A model generated the notes under the pieces. That model saw nothing but the letters and a program-made list of their open reading frames with translations, made no database searches and was not told the origin of the DNA. Made by a program: the position numbers and the translations under genes. From contig CAWFKQ010000013.1 of the NCBI GenBank assembly GCA_963816395.1, forward strand, positions 32,001 to 96,000: a stretch of DNA of 64,000 nt. Direction: 5' to 3'. The DNA comes from an uncultured delta proteobacterium. Its GTDB lineage: Bacteria > Desulfobacterota > Desulfuromonadia > Desulfuromonadales > JACZKF01. Of the stretch, positions 22,017 to 32,198 are shown one piece after another (positions within the stretch are counted from its first letter, which is position 1; the number at the start of each line of letters is the position of its first letter).

Positions 22017-24551
22017 ATGGAGCACGGATATACCGCCGAAGCCCGGCAGGCGATGCGCGAGGCGATCGCCGAGGCCGAGGGGAATGAAGTTTTTTTCCTC
22101 GGCCGCACCGACGGCGAGCGGCGGGTAACGGCAGTGGAGGTGCTGGCCCGCGGCTCGGCCGAGGCGGTGCCGGCGATCCTGCAGGTTTGCCGCTACGGCG
22201 AGGTGGTGATCCACAATCATCCCTCCGGCCGCCTCACCCCTTCGGCGGCGGATATCGAGATCGCCTCCCGGCTCGGCGCCCTCGGCGTCGGCTTCCATAT
22301 CGTCGATAACCCGGTGGCGAAGCTGTACAAGGTGGTCGAGGCCTTCGCCCCGAAGGCGGAGAAGCACCTGGCGCCGGCGCGCATCGCCGAAATCCTCGGG
22401 CCGGAAGGGGAGATCGCCCGGCACCTGCCCGGCTGGGAGGAGCGCCCGGAGCAGCTGCGCATGGCCTTCGCCGCCGCCGAGGCGTTCAATGCCGGGCGGC
22501 TGGCGGTGATCGAAGCCGGCACCGGCACCGGCAAGAGCCTCGCCTACCTCGTCCCAGCCCTGCTCTGGGCGCTGGAGAACGAGGAACGGATCGTCGTCTC
22601 CACCAACACCATCAACCTGCAGGAGCAGCTCATCCGCAAGGACCTCCCCTTCCTGCAGCGCGCCACCGGCCTGCAGTTCCGGGCGGTGCTGGTCAAAGGG
22701 CGGGGAAATTACCTCTGCCGCCGCCGGGCGGAGACGGCGCGCCTGGAGCCGGGGCTGTTCGATGATGAACTGAACGCCGAGGTGGAGGCGGTCCTGGCCT
22801 GGGCCCAGGCGACCAGCGACGGCTCCAGGGAGGAGTTGAATTTCGTCCCCCGGGCGGCGGTGTGGGAGGAGGTGCGCTGCGAGCTCGACCAGTGCCTGCG
22901 GGTGCGCTGCGCCCATTACGCCGGCTGCTTCTTTCACCGGGCGCGGCGCCAGGCGGCCCAGGCCGACCTGCTGGTGGTCAACCACGCCCTGCTCCTGGCC
23001 GACCTGGCGGTGCGCCGGCAGACCGACAACTACTCGGCGGCGGCCGTCCTGCCCCCCTTCGAGCGCATCATCCTCGACGAGGCGCATCACCTGGAGGATG
23101 TCGCCACCAGCCATTTCTCCGCCCAGGTCACCCGCTTCGCCTTCGCCCGGGTGCTGAACCGCCTGCGCCATCCGCGCAAGCCGGACAAGGGGCTGCTCCC
23201 CCGCTTCCTCGGTGCCCTGGCCAAGGAGCTGCCGGACAGCGAGGACGAACTCTACCGCGACCTGCACGGGCGCACCGACCGGCTGCTCGCCGCCGGCCAG
23301 GCGCTCCTCGAGCGGGCGGTGCGGGAGCTGGAGAAGATCGGCGAGGAGCTGGCCGCCGCCCTCGGCCGGGAGATCGGCGAGCGCGAGGAGATCCGCCAGC
23401 GGGTGGTCCCCGACTTCACCGCCGGCGCGGCCTGGCAGGGGGTGGTCGAACGGGTGCGCAGCCTGGCCCGGGAGACCGCCGATCTGGGCAAAGAGCTGCG
23501 CGCCCTGCTGCAGGCCGCCGGCCGCATGCCGGAGGCGGTCGCCGACAAGCTGGCCTCCCACCTGGTGGATCTGCGCGGGGCCGGCGGCCGCCTGGACGCC
23601 ATCGCCGGCGACCTCACCTTCTTCGTCGCCGGCGAGGAGGGGGTGTGCGCCTGGTTCGAGATCGTCCGCGGCCGGGTCGGGCGCGGCAGCGGCATCGTCA
23701 CCCGCCTCTGCACCGCCCCGCTGGAGGTGGCGGCCAGCCTCAAGGAGGCGGTCTACGACCGCTTCAAGACGGTCCTCATGACCAGCGCCACCCTGGCGGT
23801 GGGCGACTCCTTCGCCTATTTCGGGCACCGGGTGGGACTCGACCGCGCCGAGGCGGGGCGGCTGAGCGAGCTGCTCCTGGCCTCCCCCTTCGACTTCCCC
23901 CGCCAGGCGCTGGTGGCGGTGCCGACCGACCTGCCCGAGCCGGGGCGCGCCGGCTATCCGGAGGCGGTGCGCGACCTCGTCGAGCGCGCCATCCTCCTCG
24001 CCGACGGCCGCACCTTCGTCCTCTTCACCGCCTATTCCCTGCTGCGGCGGGTGCACGGCGAGCTGGCGCCGGTGCTGCAGGCGCGCCGCTACCGCGCCCT
24101 GCGCCAGGGGGAGGATCACCGGCACAAGCTGCTCAAGGCCTTCGCCGCCGACCCGACCAGCGTCCTCTTCGCCACCGACTCCTTCTGGGAGGGGGTGGAC
24201 GTCCCCGGCCGCGCCCTGGAGCAGGTGATCATCACCCGCCTGCCCTTCAAGGTCCCCACCGAGCCGGTCCTGGAGGCGCGCGCCGAAGCGATCGAGCGGG
24301 CCGGCGGCGACCCCTTCATGGAGTACACCGTGCCGCAGGCGGTGATCAAATTCAAGCAGGGCTTCGGCCGCCTGATCCGCCACCGCGACGACCGCGGCAT
24401 CGTGCTCATCCTCGATACCCGGGTGGTGAAGAAGGGGTACGGGCGGCTCTTCCTGCGCTCCCTGCCGCCGGCCGAAGTGGCCACCGGGCCGGCGGCGGAG
24501 GTCTTCGCCCGCATGGCCGATTTCCTCCGACCCTCCGCGCCTCTGCCCTGA
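22017..24551 (+). CDS. DinG/YoaA-family Fe-S helicase with N-terminal RadC-like JAB domain
   Basis: EVFFLG..IHNHPSG..PSAAD (JAB), EAGTGTGKS, KGRGNYLC, Fe-S Cys, DEAHH, TSATL, FWEGVDVPG, KQGFGRLIR. Confidence 0.92.
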   Translation: MEHGYTAEARQAMREAIAEAEGNEVFFLGRTDGERRVTAVEVLARGSAEAVPAILQVCRYGEVVIHNHPSGRLTPSAADIEIASRLGALGVGFHIVDNPVAKLYKVVEAFAPKAEKHLAPARIAEILGPEGEIARHLPGWEERPEQLRMAFAAAEAFNAGRLAVIEAGTGTGKSLAYLVPALLWALENEERIVVSTNTINLQEQLIRKDLPFLQRATGLQFRAVLVKGRGNYLCRRRAETARLEPGLFDDELNAEVEAVLAWAQATSDGSREELNFVPRAAVWEEVRCELDQCLRVRCAHYAGCFFHRARRQAAQADLLVVNHALLLADLAVRRQTDNYSAAAVLPPFERIILDEAHHLEDVATSHFSAQVTRFAFARVLNRLRHPRKPDKGLLPRFLGALAKELPDSEDELYRDLHGRTDRLLAAGQALLERAVRELEKIGEELAAALGREIGEREEIRQRVVPDFTAGAAWQGVVERVRSLARETADLGKELRALLQAAGRMPEAVADKLASHLVDLRGAGGRLDAIAGDLTFFVAGEEGVCAWFEIVRGRVGRGSGIVTRLCTAPLEVAASLKEAVYDRFKTVLMTSATLAVGDSFAYFGHRVGLDRAEAGRLSELLLASPFDFPRQALVAVPTDLPEPGRAGYPEAVRDLVERAILLADGRTFVLFTAYSLLRRVHGELAPVLQARRYRALRQGEDHRHKLLKAFAADPTSVLFATDSFWEGVDVPGRALEQVIITRLPFKVPTEPVLEARAEAIERAGGDPFMEYTVPQAVIKFKQGFGRLIRHRDDRGIVLILDTRVVKKGYGRLFLRSLPPAEVATGPAAEVFARMADFLRPSAPLP

Positions 24552-24737
24552 AAAGTTTGCCTTAAATTTGAAAAAACCGGATAACGCAAAGACGCAAAGC
24601 TGAGAACCAAGACGCAGAGAAAATCCGTAAACTATTTGCTTTATACCCTTTGCGGCTTTCATTTCCCTTTGCGCCTTAGCGTTGAAATTCTTGCTTTTCA
24701 TCGCCTTCGGTTGTGCCGCAGGTACATATGGGACTGC
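24533..24737. repeat. Dispersed ~200-bp palindromic element, copy 2 (overlaps dinG stop)
   Basis: Direct alignment with copy 1. Confidence 0.95.
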
Positions 24738-24777
24738 CACCCGGCATACGGACGCCAGAACCTCACGAAAAAAATTC

Positions 24778-24828
24778 TTGACAAGCGTCATCCTGCGGCT
24801 AGAATTAAGACCAATTTGGTCATTAATT
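24778..24828 (+). promoter_or_regulatory. Sigma70 promoter with overlapping palindromic operator for the cyd-1 operon
   Basis: TTGACA(24778)-N16-TAGAAT(24800); AATTAAGACCAA-T-TTGGTCATTAATT palindrome 24803-24828. Confidence 0.75.
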
Positions 24829-24852
24829 TAATTCCTCAAGAGGAGAGCTGCC

Positions 24853-24957
24853 ATGGCCCTGTGGAAATGCGAGAAATGCGGATTCGAGAAGGAGGGACGC
24901 TGCAAGCCGAAGAAATGTCCCACCTGCCAGTCCTCCGGTTTCGTCAAACAATCCTGA
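24853..24957 (+). CDS. 34-aa RCKP-type rubredoxin-like protein (not in ORF track)
   Basis: RBS GAGGAG; MALWKCEKCGFEKEGRCKPKKCPTCQSSGFVKQS*. Confidence 0.8.
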   Translation: MALWKCEKCGFEKEGRCKPKKCPTCQSSGFVKQS

Positions 24958-24982
24958 CCAGCTGGCCGTCGAGGAGCACCTC

Positions 24983-25207
24983 ATGGCCGCCCTGCCCCTG
25001 CGCTGCTACCGCTTCTACCGCGACGGCTTTCGCGCCATGCGCCTGGGCCGCACCCTGTGGGCGGTGGTGCTGATCAAGCTCCTCGTCCTGTTCGCCGTCC
25101 AAAGAATTTTCTTCCCCGATCTCCTGCACACCCGCTTCGCCACCGACGGCGAGCGGGCCGGCCACGTCCTGGAGCAGCTCAGCCGGCTCCCCGGCGGCAG
25201 GCGGTGA
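24983..25207 (+). CDS. DUF4492-like small membrane protein preceding cydA
   Basis: RFYRDGFRAMRLGRTLWAVVLIKLLVLFAV..FFPDLL; RBS GAGGAG. Confidence 0.85.
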   Translation: MAALPLRCYRFYRDGFRAMRLGRTLWAVVLIKLLVLFAVQRIFFPDLLHTRFATDGERAGHVLEQLSRLPGGRR

Positions 25208-25233
25208 GAACGGGCACTGAACTGGAGGTTAAT

Positions 25234-26770
25234 GTGATCGACGCCACCGAGCTGGCGCAGGTCGACTGGGCGCGCGCCCAGTTCGCCCTGACCGCCATGT
25301 TCCACTGGATCTTCGTCCCCCTCACCCTGGGACTCTCCTTTCTTCTCGCCTTCTTCGAGACCTTCTACGTCAAGACCGGCAACGAGGAATGGAAGCGACT
25401 CACCCGCTTCTGGATGAAGCTGTTCGCCGTCAATTTCGCCATCGGCATCGCCACCGGCCTGATCCTGGAATTCGAGTTCGGCACCAACTGGGCCAATTAC
25501 TCCTGGATGGTCGGGGATATCTTCGGCGCGCCGCTGGCGGTGGAGGGGATCTTCGCCTTCTTCATCGAGGCGACCTTCTTCGCCGTGATGTTCTTCGGCT
25601 GGGACCGGGTGTCGCAGCGCTTCCATCTCTTCTCCACCTGGATGGTGGCGATCGGCTCCAATCTCTCCGCCCTGTGGATCCTGGTGGCCAACGGCTGGAT
25701 GCAGAACCCGGTGGGGATGCGCTTCAACGCCGACAGCGCCCGCTTCGAGATGCAGGATTTCTGGAGCGTGCTCTTCTCGCCCTCGGCCATCGGCAAGTTC
25801 ACCCACGCCACCAGTTCCGGCTTCGTCTTCGCCTCCCTCTTCGTGGTCGCCGTCTCCTCCTGGTTCCTGCTGCGGGGGCGGCATGCGGAGCTGGCCAAGC
25901 GGAGCATAATGGTCGCCGCCGTCTTCGGCCTGCTCTCCTCCGCCTTCGTCGCCTTCACCGGCGACGAGTCGGCCTACACCCTCTCCCGGACGCAGCCGAT
26001 GAAGCTGGCGGCCATGGAGGGGCTCTACGACGGCGAAACCGGCTGCGCCCTGTGCGCCATCGGCGTGCTCAATCCGGAGAAGACGCCCGGGGATGCCGCC
26101 CCCCCTTACCGTTTCGCGGTCAAGGTTCCCTACGTCCTCTCCATCCTCGCCAACCGCAACCCGGACAGCTTCGTCCCCGGCATCAACGACCTGGTCTTCG
26201 GCAATCCGGGGCAGCAGGTGATGGGGGTGACCGAGAAGATGGCGCGGGGGCGGCGGGCGGTGGCCGGGCTCGGCGCCTACCAGCAGGCGAAAGCGGCCGG
26301 CGACGCCGCAGGGCGCGGCGGCGGCCCTGGCGGCCTTCAACCGGGACCAGGAATATCTCGGCTACGGCTACCTGCAGAGTCCGCAGGAGGCAGTGCCGCC
26401 GGTGGCGCTCTCCTTCTACAGCTTCCGCCTGATGGTCGGCCTGGGTCTTTTCTTCCCGCTGCTTTTCCTGCTTTTACTGATCTTTACCTGGCGTGACAGC
26501 ATCACCGGCCGCAAGTGGCTGCTGCGCACCGGAGTGGCCAGCCTCTTTCTCGGCCTGGTCGCCTCGCAGGCCGGCTGGGTGGTGGCCGAAGTCGGCCGGC
26601 AGCCCTGGGCCATCCAGGGGCTGCTGCCGGTGACGGTGGCCCGCTCCAACCTGACGGCGGCGACGGTGCAGACCACCTTCTTCCTCTTCCTGGTCCTGTT
26701 CACCGTCCTGCTCATCGCCGAACTGCGCATCATGCTGAAGCAGATTCACATCGGACCGGAGGAGAACTGA
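25234..26770 (+). CDS. cydA: Cytochrome bd ubiquinol oxidase subunit I, copy 1 (frameshift near 26315)
   Basis: [59 protein letters not shown]. Confidence 0.95.
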
Positions 26771-26771
26771 C

Positions 26772-27908
26772 ATGATCGGCAGCCTGGATATCTCCGTATT
26801 GCAGAAGCTCTGGTGGCTGATCGCCGCCACCGTCGGCAGCCTCTTTCTCTTCCTCACCTTCGTCCAGGGGGGGCAGACCCTGCTCTTCACCGCCGCCCGG
26901 GACGAGGTGGAGAAGTCCCTGGTGCTCAACTCCATCGGCCGCAAGTGGGAGCTGACCTTCACCACCCTGGTGCTCTTCGGCGGCGCCCTGTTCGCCGCCT
27001 TCCCCCTCTTCTACGCCACCAGCTTCGGCGGCGCCTACTGGGTGTGGATGCTCATCCTGTTCACCTTCGTGCTGCAGGCGGTGAGCTTCGAGTACCGCAA
27101 GAAGCCGCACAACCTGCTGGGGGAGAGGATCTACGAGCTCTTCCTGCTGCTCAACGGCAGCCTCGGCATCCTGCTGATCGGCGCCGCCGTCGGCACCTTC
27201 TTCACCGGCGCCAACTTCACCCTCAACGCCATGCGCTCGGCCACCTGGACCCATCCCCTGCGCGGCCTGGAGGCGGCCTTCGACCCGTTCAACGTCGCCC
27301 TCGGGCTGTTCCTGGTCTTCCACGCCCGGGTGCTGGGGGCCCTCTACCTGGCCAACCACCTCGACCACCCGCCGCTGGAGGCGCGCCTGCGGCGGGCCGC
27401 CTTCGGCAACTTCCTGGCCGCCCTGCCGTTCCTGCTCTTCGTCCTCTTCCGCCTGCTGACCATGCCCGGCTACGCCGTCGACCCGGCGAGCGGCGCCGTC
27501 TCCCTGGAGGCCGGCAAGTACCTGCACAACCTGCTGGCCATGCCGGCGGTGCCGGTGCTGCTGCTGGCCGGCGTGCTGCTGGTGGTCTGGGGGGTGGCGG
27601 CGGTACGCTTCGGCGGCGGCCGGAGCGGCATCTGGTTCGCCGGTCCGGGAACGGTCCTGGTCGGCCTCGCCCTCTTCTGTCTGGCCGGCTACAACCATAC
27701 CGCCTTCTACCCCTCGCAGGCCGATCTGGCGAGCAGCCTGACCATCGCCAACGCCTCGAGCAGCCATTACACCCTCACCGTCATGAGCTATGTCGCCCTG
27801 GCGGTCCCCTTCGTCCTCGCCTATGTCGCCGCCGTCTGGCGGATGATGGATGCGCGCCGGTTCACTGCCGCCGACCTGCAGGGGGCGGCGGCCAAAGATC
27901 AATACTGA
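26772..27908 (+). CDS. cydB: Cytochrome bd oxidase subunit II, copy 1
   Basis: GRKWELTFTTLVLFGGALFAAFP, SLTIANASSS.YTL. Confidence 0.95.
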   Translation: MIGSLDISVLQKLWWLIAATVGSLFLFLTFVQGGQTLLFTAARDEVEKSLVLNSIGRKWELTFTTLVLFGGALFAAFPLFYATSFGGAYWVWMLILFTFVLQAVSFEYRKKPHNLLGERIYELFLLLNGSLGILLIGAAVGTFFTGANFTLNAMRSATWTHPLRGLEAAFDPFNVALGLFLVFHARVLGALYLANHLDHPPLEARLRRAAFGNFLAALPFLLFVLFRLLTMPGYAVDPASGAVSLEAGKYLHNLLAMPAVPVLLLAGVLLVVWGVAAVRFGGGRSGIWFAGPGTVLVGLALFCLAGYNHTAFYPSQADLASSLTIANASSSHYTLTVMSYVALAVPFVLAYVAAVWRMMDARRFTAADLQGAAAKDQY

Positions 27909-27921
27909 AAGGAGAACACCC

Positions 27922-28014
27922 ATGGTGATCGCGATGCTGGTCGGCTGGATGGCTCTGCTGGCCCTCTCCTGCAAGGGAGCGGAGCTGGTGCTGCGGAAAG
28001 CCGGCAAACTCTGA
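27922..28014 (+). CDS. 30-aa single-TM protein, candidate small bd-oxidase subunit (not in ORF track)
   Basis: RBS AAGGAG; MVIAMLVGWMALLALSCKGAELVLRKAGKL*; homolog after second cydB. Confidence 0.75.
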   Translation: MVIAMLVGWMALLALSCKGAELVLRKAGKL

Positions 28015-28065
28015 ATCTTAACGACAAGTCCGCCGGGCGTCTCCCCCCTCCTGACGCCCGGCGGC

Positions 28066-28101
28066 GGGCCGGTCGGCATTTTTGCCGGCCGGCCCTTTTT
28101 T
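28066..28101 (+). terminator. Intrinsic terminator of cyd-1 operon
   Basis: GGGCCGGTCGGCA-tttt-TGCCGGCCGGCCC-TTTTTT. Confidence 0.8.
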
Positions 28102-28179
28102 AATGTCTCTTTCGGAGGGAATTGGGGCAGCGCTTTGGGGAATGGAAGCTTTGGAGATTGCGGGGATGGCTATGACCGC

Positions 28180-28243
28180 CACCTGATACCTGATGCCTGA
28201 ATCCTGAACCTCAGGCCTTGACCTCCTACCTCCGCTGACCTCT
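28180..28243. repeat. 7-mer tandem microrepeat
   Basis: ACCTGAT ACCTGAT GCCTGAA TCCTGAA followed by GACCTCC TACCTCC-type units. Confidence 0.6.
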
Positions 28244-28561
28244 CGGCGGCACCATCTCCATCCGCACCCCCGGCCAGCGCCGGGCCGGGTAGCCCGGGTC
28301 GTGCTGATGGGCGTAGGCTTCCCGCTCGAAGCTCTTCTGCCGGTACGGCAGCCGCCGCTCGGTCCAGAAATAGCGCCACAGGAAGCGGCCGATGCCGTGC
28401 TCGGCGTACTGGCAGGCGTGGATGAGCTCGTGCCGCAAGGCCTCCGGCGGCAGGAGTTCGAGGCGGCTGCGGAAAAAAATATGGCTGCCGAGAACAAAGC
28501 CGGAAACCCAGCGGGGGAAGAAAAAAAGGCAGGGGGAGCGTTCGTGCACCCGGATCTTCAT
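28226..28561 (-). CDS. Small HExxH zincin-like protein (DUF4157-like)
   Basis: GFVLGSHIFF, LRHELIHACQY, FEREAY. Confidence 0.65.
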   Translation of the reverse strand: MKIRVHERSPCLFFFPRWVSGFVLGSHIFFRSRLELLPPEALRHELIHACQYAEHGIGRFLWRYFWTERRLPYRQKSFEREAYAHQHDPGYPARRWPGVRMEMVPPRGQRR

Positions 28562-28667
28562 GTCTTCATCATACGCGCTCTGGCAGGGATGATGCAGAAC
28601 CATCAGTGACCGGCGGCCGGTGCCCGTTCCGCCGCCGCCGGCAAACCCTGCCTATAGGAGATGGCAA

Positions 28668-29144
28668 ATGAACAAGCGAACCCTGGTTTTTCTGCTTTTT
28701 TCCCCTCTGCTGGCGGCGGCGCCCGCGGTCGCAGGGGATGTCGGTGTCAATGTCAATGTCAACCTGGGCGCCCCCGCCCCGGTGCCGATTATCGTCTCTG
28801 AGCCTCCGTTATTTCTCGTGCCTCGCGCCCTCGGTTTCCAGGTTGCGGTGGGGATCGATTTCGACATGTTCCACATCGACGGCCGATATTATACCTGCCG
28901 GGATCACGTCTGGTACGTCGGTCATCGCTACAACGGCCCGTGGCAGGTCGTCCGGCACGACCACCTGCCGCCGGGGCTGCGCAAGCACAGGTTAGCCAGC
29001 ATCCGCCAATACCGGGATGAAGAGTACCGGCACTACCACCAGGATCGGGAGCGCTATCACGGCAGCTCCTACCGGCCAGAAGGCGAAGGCGAACACCATC
29101 ACGGCAACGGCAAGGCCAAAGGCAGGTACAAGCACGGCGACTGA
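28668..29144 (+). CDS. Secreted hypothetical protein with His/Arg-rich tail
   Basis: RBS AGGAG, signal peptide, VGVNVNVNLG, YNGPW, LPPGLRKH. Confidence 0.75.
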   Translation: MNKRTLVFLLFSPLLAAAPAVAGDVGVNVNVNLGAPAPVPIIVSEPPLFLVPRALGFQVAVGIDFDMFHIDGRYYTCRDHVWYVGHRYNGPWQVVRHDHLPPGLRKHRLASIRQYRDEEYRHYHQDRERYHGSSYRPEGEGEHHHGNGKAKGRYKHGD

Positions 29145-29208
29145 GCCGCGGCCATCTGCTTTCCCGGGGCGGCCACTGCCGGCGGCCCCGGGAAGGCAGG
29201 ACCGGTAC

Positions 29209-31209
29209 TCAATGCCCCCGCCCGAGCAATTCCCGCACCTTCTCGGCGACAGCCTCCGGCGTAAAGCCGAAATGCCGCATCAGCACGCCACCGGGGGCGC
29301 TGGCGCCGAAGCCGCGCATGCCGATCACCGCCCCGGCCTCCCCGACATACCGCTCCCAGCCGAAGGGGGAAGCCGCCTCGACCGCCACCCGGACGCGGCA
29401 GTTCGGGGGGAGGACCTGCCGGCGGTAGACTTCCTCCTGCGCCTCGAAAAGCTCCCAGCTGGCCAGTGAAACCACCCGGCTGCCGATCCCCTCCTGTTGC
29501 AGCTGGTCACGGGCGGCCAGTGCCAGATGCACCTCCGAACCGCTGGCGATGAGGATGGCGCGCAGCTCCCCTTCCTCCGCGGCCAGAATGTAGCCGCCCC
29601 GCCGCACCCCTGCCGCCGGGGCGAGACGGGAGCGGTCGAGCACCGGCAGGCTCTGCCGGGTGAGGACCAGGGCCGTGGGGCCGCGGCGATTGGCGATGGC
29701 GAGCTTCCAGGCTTCGGCCGTCTCGTTGGCGTCGGCCGGGCGGATCACCGTCAGGTTCGGCACCGTCCGCAGGCCCGGCAGCTGTTCCACCGGCTGGTGC
29801 GTGGGGCCGTCTTCGCCCAGGCCGATCGAATCATGGGTGAAGACGTAGATGGGGGCGATTCCCATCAGGGCGGCCAGGCGCACGGGGGGGCGCATGTAAT
29901 CGGCGAAGATGAGGAAGGTGCCGCCGTAGGGAATCAGCCCGGGGGTGTGGGCGAGGCCGTTGAGAACGGCGCCCATGGCGTGCTCGCGCACCCCGAAGTG
30001 CAGGTTGCGGCCGCTGCCGTAGGGGCCGAAGGACCGCTCCCCCCTGAGCCTGGTGTTGTTGGAGGGGGCGAGATCGGCGGAGCCGCCGAGCAGGAACGGC
30101 AGGCGGGCGGCCAGGGCGTTGAGGACGATGCCGCTGGCCTGGCGGGTGGCCATCGCCCCGTCGCCCGGGGCGAAAGCCGGCAGTTCCCGGTCCCAGCCGT
30201 CGGGGAGGCCGCCGGTCATCTGCAGCCAGTGGGTGAGGGAGGAATGGCCGGCGGCGCGCAGAGACTCAAAACGCTCCTGCCAGCCGGCTTCGAGGCGCTC
30301 GCCGCGGGCGACCGCCTCCCCCATGTGCCGCCGGACCGTATCGCTGACCACGAAGTGCTCGTCGGGACTCTGCCCCAGCGCCTCCTTGATCAGCCGCACC
30401 TCCTCCTTCCCGAGGGGGGCGCCGTGCGCCTCGGCGGTCCCCCGCTTGTTCGGCGAGCCCTCGGCGATGTGGGTGCGGGCGATGATCAGCGAGGGGCGGG
30501 GATCGCGCTTGGCCCGCTCCAGGGCCGGCTCGATGTCGAGCAGGTTGTGCCCCTCGACCCGCTCGACGTGCCAGCCGTAGGCGAGAAAACGGGTGGCCAC
30601 CTCCTCGCTGAAGGCGAGCCGCGTCTCCCCCTCGATGGTGATGTAGTTATCCAGGTAGAGGTAAATGAGATTTCCCAGGCGCAGGTGGCCGGCCAGGGAA
30701 GCGGCCTCGGCCGCCACCCCTTCCATCAGGTCGCCGTCCGAGCAGAGGGCGTAGATGCGGTAGTCGAACAGCTCCCGGTCGACGTGCTCGGCCAGGAAAC
30801 GGGCGCCCATGCCCATGCCCACCCCGGCCGCAAACCCCTGGCCGAGCGGGCCGGTGGTCGTCTCCACCCCCGGAGTATGGCCGAACTCCGGGTGGCCGGG
30901 GGTGCGGCTGCCGAGCTGGCGGAAATTGATCAGCTCCTCCAGGGGGAGGTTGTAGCCGGTCAGGTGCAGCAGGCTGTAGAGGAGCATCGAGGCATGGCCG
31001 CAGGAAAGCACGAAACGGTCGCGGCCGGGCCAGGCAGGATTCTTCGGGTTGTGGCGCAGGTGGCGGGTGAACAGGAGATAGCCGATGGGGGCGGCCTCCA
31101 TCGGTGTCCCCGGATGGCCGGAGTGGGCTTTTTCCACCGCATCCACCGCCAGCAGGCGGATGCTGTCGATGGCTGCCGTGGCCAGTTTCAGATCGATATC
31201 GGGCTGCAT
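29209..31209 (-). CDS. tkt: Transketolase
   Basis: [61 protein letters not shown]. Confidence 0.98.
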   Translation of the reverse strand: MQPDIDLKLATAAIDSIRLLAVDAVEKAHSGHPGTPMEAAPIGYLLFTRHLRHNPKNPAWPGRDRFVLSCGHASMLLYSLLHLTGYNLPLEELINFRQLGSRTPGHPEFGHTPGVETTTGPLGQGFAAGVGMGMGARFLAEHVDRELFDYRIYALCSDGDLMEGVAAEAASLAGHLRLGNLIYLYLDNYITIEGETRLAFSEEVATRFLAYGWHVERVEGHNLLDIEPALERAKRDPRPSLIIARTHIAEGSPNKRGTAEAHGAPLGKEEVRLIKEALGQSPDEHFVVSDTVRRHMGEAVARGERLEAGWQERFESLRAAGHSSLTHWLQMTGGLPDGWDRELPAFAPGDGAMATRQASGIVLNALAARLPFLLGGSADLAPSNNTRLRGERSFGPYGSGRNLHFGVREHAMGAVLNGLAHTPGLIPYGGTFLIFADYMRPPVRLAALMGIAPIYVFTHDSIGLGEDGPTHQPVEQLPGLRTVPNLTVIRPADANETAEAWKLAIANRRGPTALVLTRQSLPVLDRSRLAPAAGVRRGGYILAAEEGELRAILIASGSEVHLALAARDQLQQEGIGSRVVSLASWELFEAQEEVYRRQVLPPNCRVRVAVEAASPFGWERYVGEAGAVIGMRGFGASAPGGVLMRHFGFTPEAVAEKVRELLGRGH

Positions 31210-31270
31210 GGGAACTCCTGAGTGAGGTACTGTTCCGAAGAGTTTGTCTTAAGCCATAAAAGCCTGGATA

Positions 31271-31520
31271 TTTTAACACAGGCCAACATGTGCCTGCGGC
31301 ACACCCGAAGACAATGAAAACCAGGATCTTAACGCTAAGGCGCCAAGGGAAATGAAAGTCGCAAAGGATGTAAAGCGAACAGTCTTACGGATTTTCTCTG
31401 CGCCTTGGTTCTCAGCTTTGCGTCTTTGCGTTATCCGTTTTTTCCAGGGCCTTAAGCCGAATTTGCTGAGGAGAAGGAAATCGATTAATTGACGGAACCC
31501 CCTCTGCGTCTGCGTTAAAA
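31271..31520. repeat. Dispersed palindromic element, copy 3 (reverse orientation, with outer arm)
   Basis: Reverse complement aligns with copies 1, 2, 4; outer CTCTGCGTCTGCGTTAAAA arm at 31502-31520. Confidence 0.95.
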
Positions 31521-31696
31521 GCCCTTGCTCTTTCGCCTTCGGTGAGCTGCGGGTCCTGGTTGCTGAAAAGGTCGATTTCCCCAGGTTGTATGCGCATTGA
31601 AGCAGGATAGGGCGGGGAATGCAAGGGGAGGGAGGAAAATGGGGTCGATTCCGGGATAGAATAGAGACAAAGGCAATATCAGCGAGGAGGTCGCCT

Positions 31697-32146
31697 ATGC
31701 TCTATTTCGCCTATGCCGACAACATGGATATCGAGACCCTCGGGTCCCGCAACGTGACCTTCGAGAAAGTCTGCACCGGCCGGGTGCGGAAGTTCCGGCT
31801 GGCCTTCCACAAACCCGGGTCCGACGGCACCGGCCGGGCGGATCTGGTGGACGATCATGGGGGGGCGGTGGAAGGGGTGGTATGGGAGGTTCCGGATGAC
31901 AGTCTCGATCGGTTGGATGTCTATGAGGAAGTGGACAAGGGACACTACCGCCGGGTGCCGGTCGTGGTGCAGACATCCCGCGGCGAACTCGATTGCGTCA
32001 CCTACCGGGCCGCCAAATTCCGCAACGGCCTGAAGCCGAGCCGGGAATACCTCGACCTCATCATCCGGGGAGCGGAGACCCACCGGCTGTCTGCCGATTA
32101 CCAGACCTTCCTGCGCAGCCACGACACCATGGTGGCGACGGCGTGA
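31697..32146 (+). CDS. Gamma-glutamylcyclotransferase family protein
   Basis: MLYFAYADNM, VEGVVW, LDVYE, PSREYLDLIIRGA. Confidence 0.85.
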   Translation: MLYFAYADNMDIETLGSRNVTFEKVCTGRVRKFRLAFHKPGSDGTGRADLVDDHGGAVEGVVWEVPDDSLDRLDVYEEVDKGHYRRVPVVVQTSRGELDCVTYRAAKFRNGLKPSREYLDLIIRGAETHRLSADYQTFLRSHDTMVATA

Positions 32147-32198
32147 ACATCCGAGGGCCGGCACGGACAGTTTTTTCGTGCCGGCTCCCCGGAAGGAC

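Noticed and set aside
22017..24551. DinG as part of a type IV CRISPR or JAB-based (CBASS/Bil) defence system
   Set aside because: No cas, cyclase, E1/E2 or ubiquitin-like genes nearby; context is housekeeping.
31412..31624. Small ORFs running through the 200-bp element (also 46224-46922, 24636-25073, 2470-2811)
   Set aside because: Translations of repeat DNA with no RBS or family motifs; frames are not conserved among copies.
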